From an uncultured Thiomicrospira sp. (GTDB lineage: Bacteria > Pseudomonadota > Gammaproteobacteria > CAKMZV01): a stretch of DNA of 64,000 nucleotides. Position numbers and translations under genes: made by a program. Location: the NCBI GenBank assembly GCA_965195345.1, contig OZ239628.1, forward strand, positions 1,408,001 through 1,472,000. Direction: 5' to 3'. Below are positions 62,794 to 64,000 of this stretch, in pieces (position 1 is the stretch's first letter; every line of letters starts with the position of its first letter). A model generated the notes under the pieces. It made no database searches, had not been told where the DNA came from, and saw only the letters and a program-made list of their open reading frames with translations.

Positions 62794-63933
62794 ATGCCAA
62801 GTACCCTCATCGTCGGCTGTGGCGATTTGGGCAATCAGATAGCCTGCCTACTACACACACAAAAACACCAAATATTTGGTATCCGTCGTAATATCAACAA
62901 CCTTGCAGCATTTATAACTCCGATCGCTGCAAACATAGCCAACACAAAGGAAATCCCCCAACTCCCAAAAACTGACCACTTAATCTTTTGTCCAGCACCA
63001 ACCAAAAGACAAGACTATAAGCAAATATATTTACATGGATTGCAAAACGTTTTAAAAGCATTAAAAGGCGCTCCTAAAAAAATTTGGATTGTATCTTCCA
63101 CTTCCGTTTTTGCCGAACAAAATGGTTCGCTTATCGATGAACATTCCAAAAAATCCAACAGTGAAAACGCTCGTGTTTTATTAGCTATGGAACAGGTAGC
63201 CCATCAATTTTCAGATACCACTGTCATACGATTAAGCGGTCTGTATGGTTTTTTTCGCTGGAGTATACTTAGAAAAATAAGCGAAAATACACTATTGATT
63301 GGAAATAATCATTGGGCAAACCGCATCCACCTTCACGATGCCGCCCGCGCTGTTGTTCATCTTATGCAGCTAAAAAAAACCGAGCCGCTCTACCTCATAT
63401 CTGACAACACCCCTTTTCAAATGAAGGAGTTGTATCAAAACGTTTGTCCAATATTACAAACACCCTTGCTCACCAATGAGAAAGACAATGTAAGCGGCAA
63501 ACGCATCAACGCACAAAAACTGATAGATAGTGGTTTTACACCAATCTACCCCAGTGCTATTGAAACGTACAAAATGCTCGCTGAGTATTATCTACAATTT
63601 AGCAAAATGACCGACTTCCAGCAACAAGTCCTTACCACTACCTTTGACATTCCTTTTGGCAAGGTTACCAGTTATTTGGGCATTGCCAAGCGCACTCAAT
63701 CACCCAAAGCATCTCGAGCCGTCGGGCAAATAATGGCAAACAATCCCCTTGCTAGTCAACTGCCCTGCCATCGAGTTGTCGCACATAATCGCCAGCTTCA
63801 CGGCTACTCAAGCTCAACAAATAACAAAAATCTAAAAACAAAACTATTGAACTTATTGGCTGAAGACATTCAACTCACTCCCCATCCAACAGACCTTTAT
63901 AAATACAAAATTGCTCCTAATTATTTTTGGTGA
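62794..63933 (+). CDS. Fusion of an NAD-dependent epimerase/atypical SDR (YeeZ-like) and a methylated-DNA-protein-cysteine methyltransferase (MGMT/Ogt) domain
   Basis: N-terminal GCGDLG, SSTSVF, RLSGLYG and NRIHLHD. C-terminal FQQQVL...IPFGKVTSY..IA...ASRAVG...NP....PCHRVV. Confidence 0.85.
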   Translation: MPSTLIVGCGDLGNQIACLLHTQKHQIFGIRRNINNLAAFITPIAANIANTKEIPQLPKTDHLIFCPAPTKRQDYKQIYLHGLQNVLKALKGAPKKIWIVSSTSVFAEQNGSLIDEHSKKSNSENARVLLAMEQVAHQFSDTTVIRLSGLYGFFRWSILRKISENTLLIGNNHWANRIHLHDAARAVVHLMQLKKTEPLYLISDNTPFQMKELYQNVCPILQTPLLTNEKDNVSGKRINAQKLIDSGFTPIYPSAIETYKMLAEYYLQFSKMTDFQQQVLTTTFDIPFGKVTSYLGIAKRTQSPKASRAVGQIMANNPLASQLPCHRVVAHNRQLHGYSSSTNNKNLKTKLLNLLAEDIQLTPHPTDLYKYKIAPNYFW

Positions 63934-64000
63934 AAATTTATTTCTTTTCTTTTTTAATGCAAACTTTGATAGAATATATTGTATTTTACAAAATAAAACG

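Overview
AT-rich chromosomal window from a gammaproteobacterium, probably marine (inferred from gene content). Most of it is housekeeping: mnmG (partial), tatD-holB-tmk-mltG-pabC-pabB-fabF-acpP, rmuC, typA, an Fe3+ ABC transporter, zipA-ligA-hemY, hupB, P-II, trmJ, dppBC-nagZ, uvrB, gloB-mltD, ubiG-gph-yciK and sspAB. The most notable region is about 1.4-5.4 kb, just upstream of mnmG, where several layers of mobile DNA have decayed together. Remnants of a PFGI-1/pKLC102-type ICE (TIGR03747/DUF4400, RAQPRD-like, TIGR03750-like) flank an intact, translationally coupled three-gene restriction-modification operon: an N4/N6 methyltransferase fused to an apparently inactive thermonuclease-like domain, a small winged-helix-like protein and an MjaI-family endonuclease. 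The operon ends in a degenerate integron attC site, followed by an internally deleted IS3 remnant. Other points of interest are a BHMT-like methyltransferase next to stachydrine (proline betaine) catabolic genes, a Tat-exported agmatine deiminase paired with an isochorismatase-family hydrolase, an acuI-MBL-prpE operon, mevalonate-pathway genes joined to ubiG, a lipoprotein whose 411-aa mature part has no lysine, a possibly foreign typA and an epimerase-MGMT fusion. I saw no rRNA, tRNA or CRISPR array. All family assignments come from recognising motifs by eye; no searches were run.
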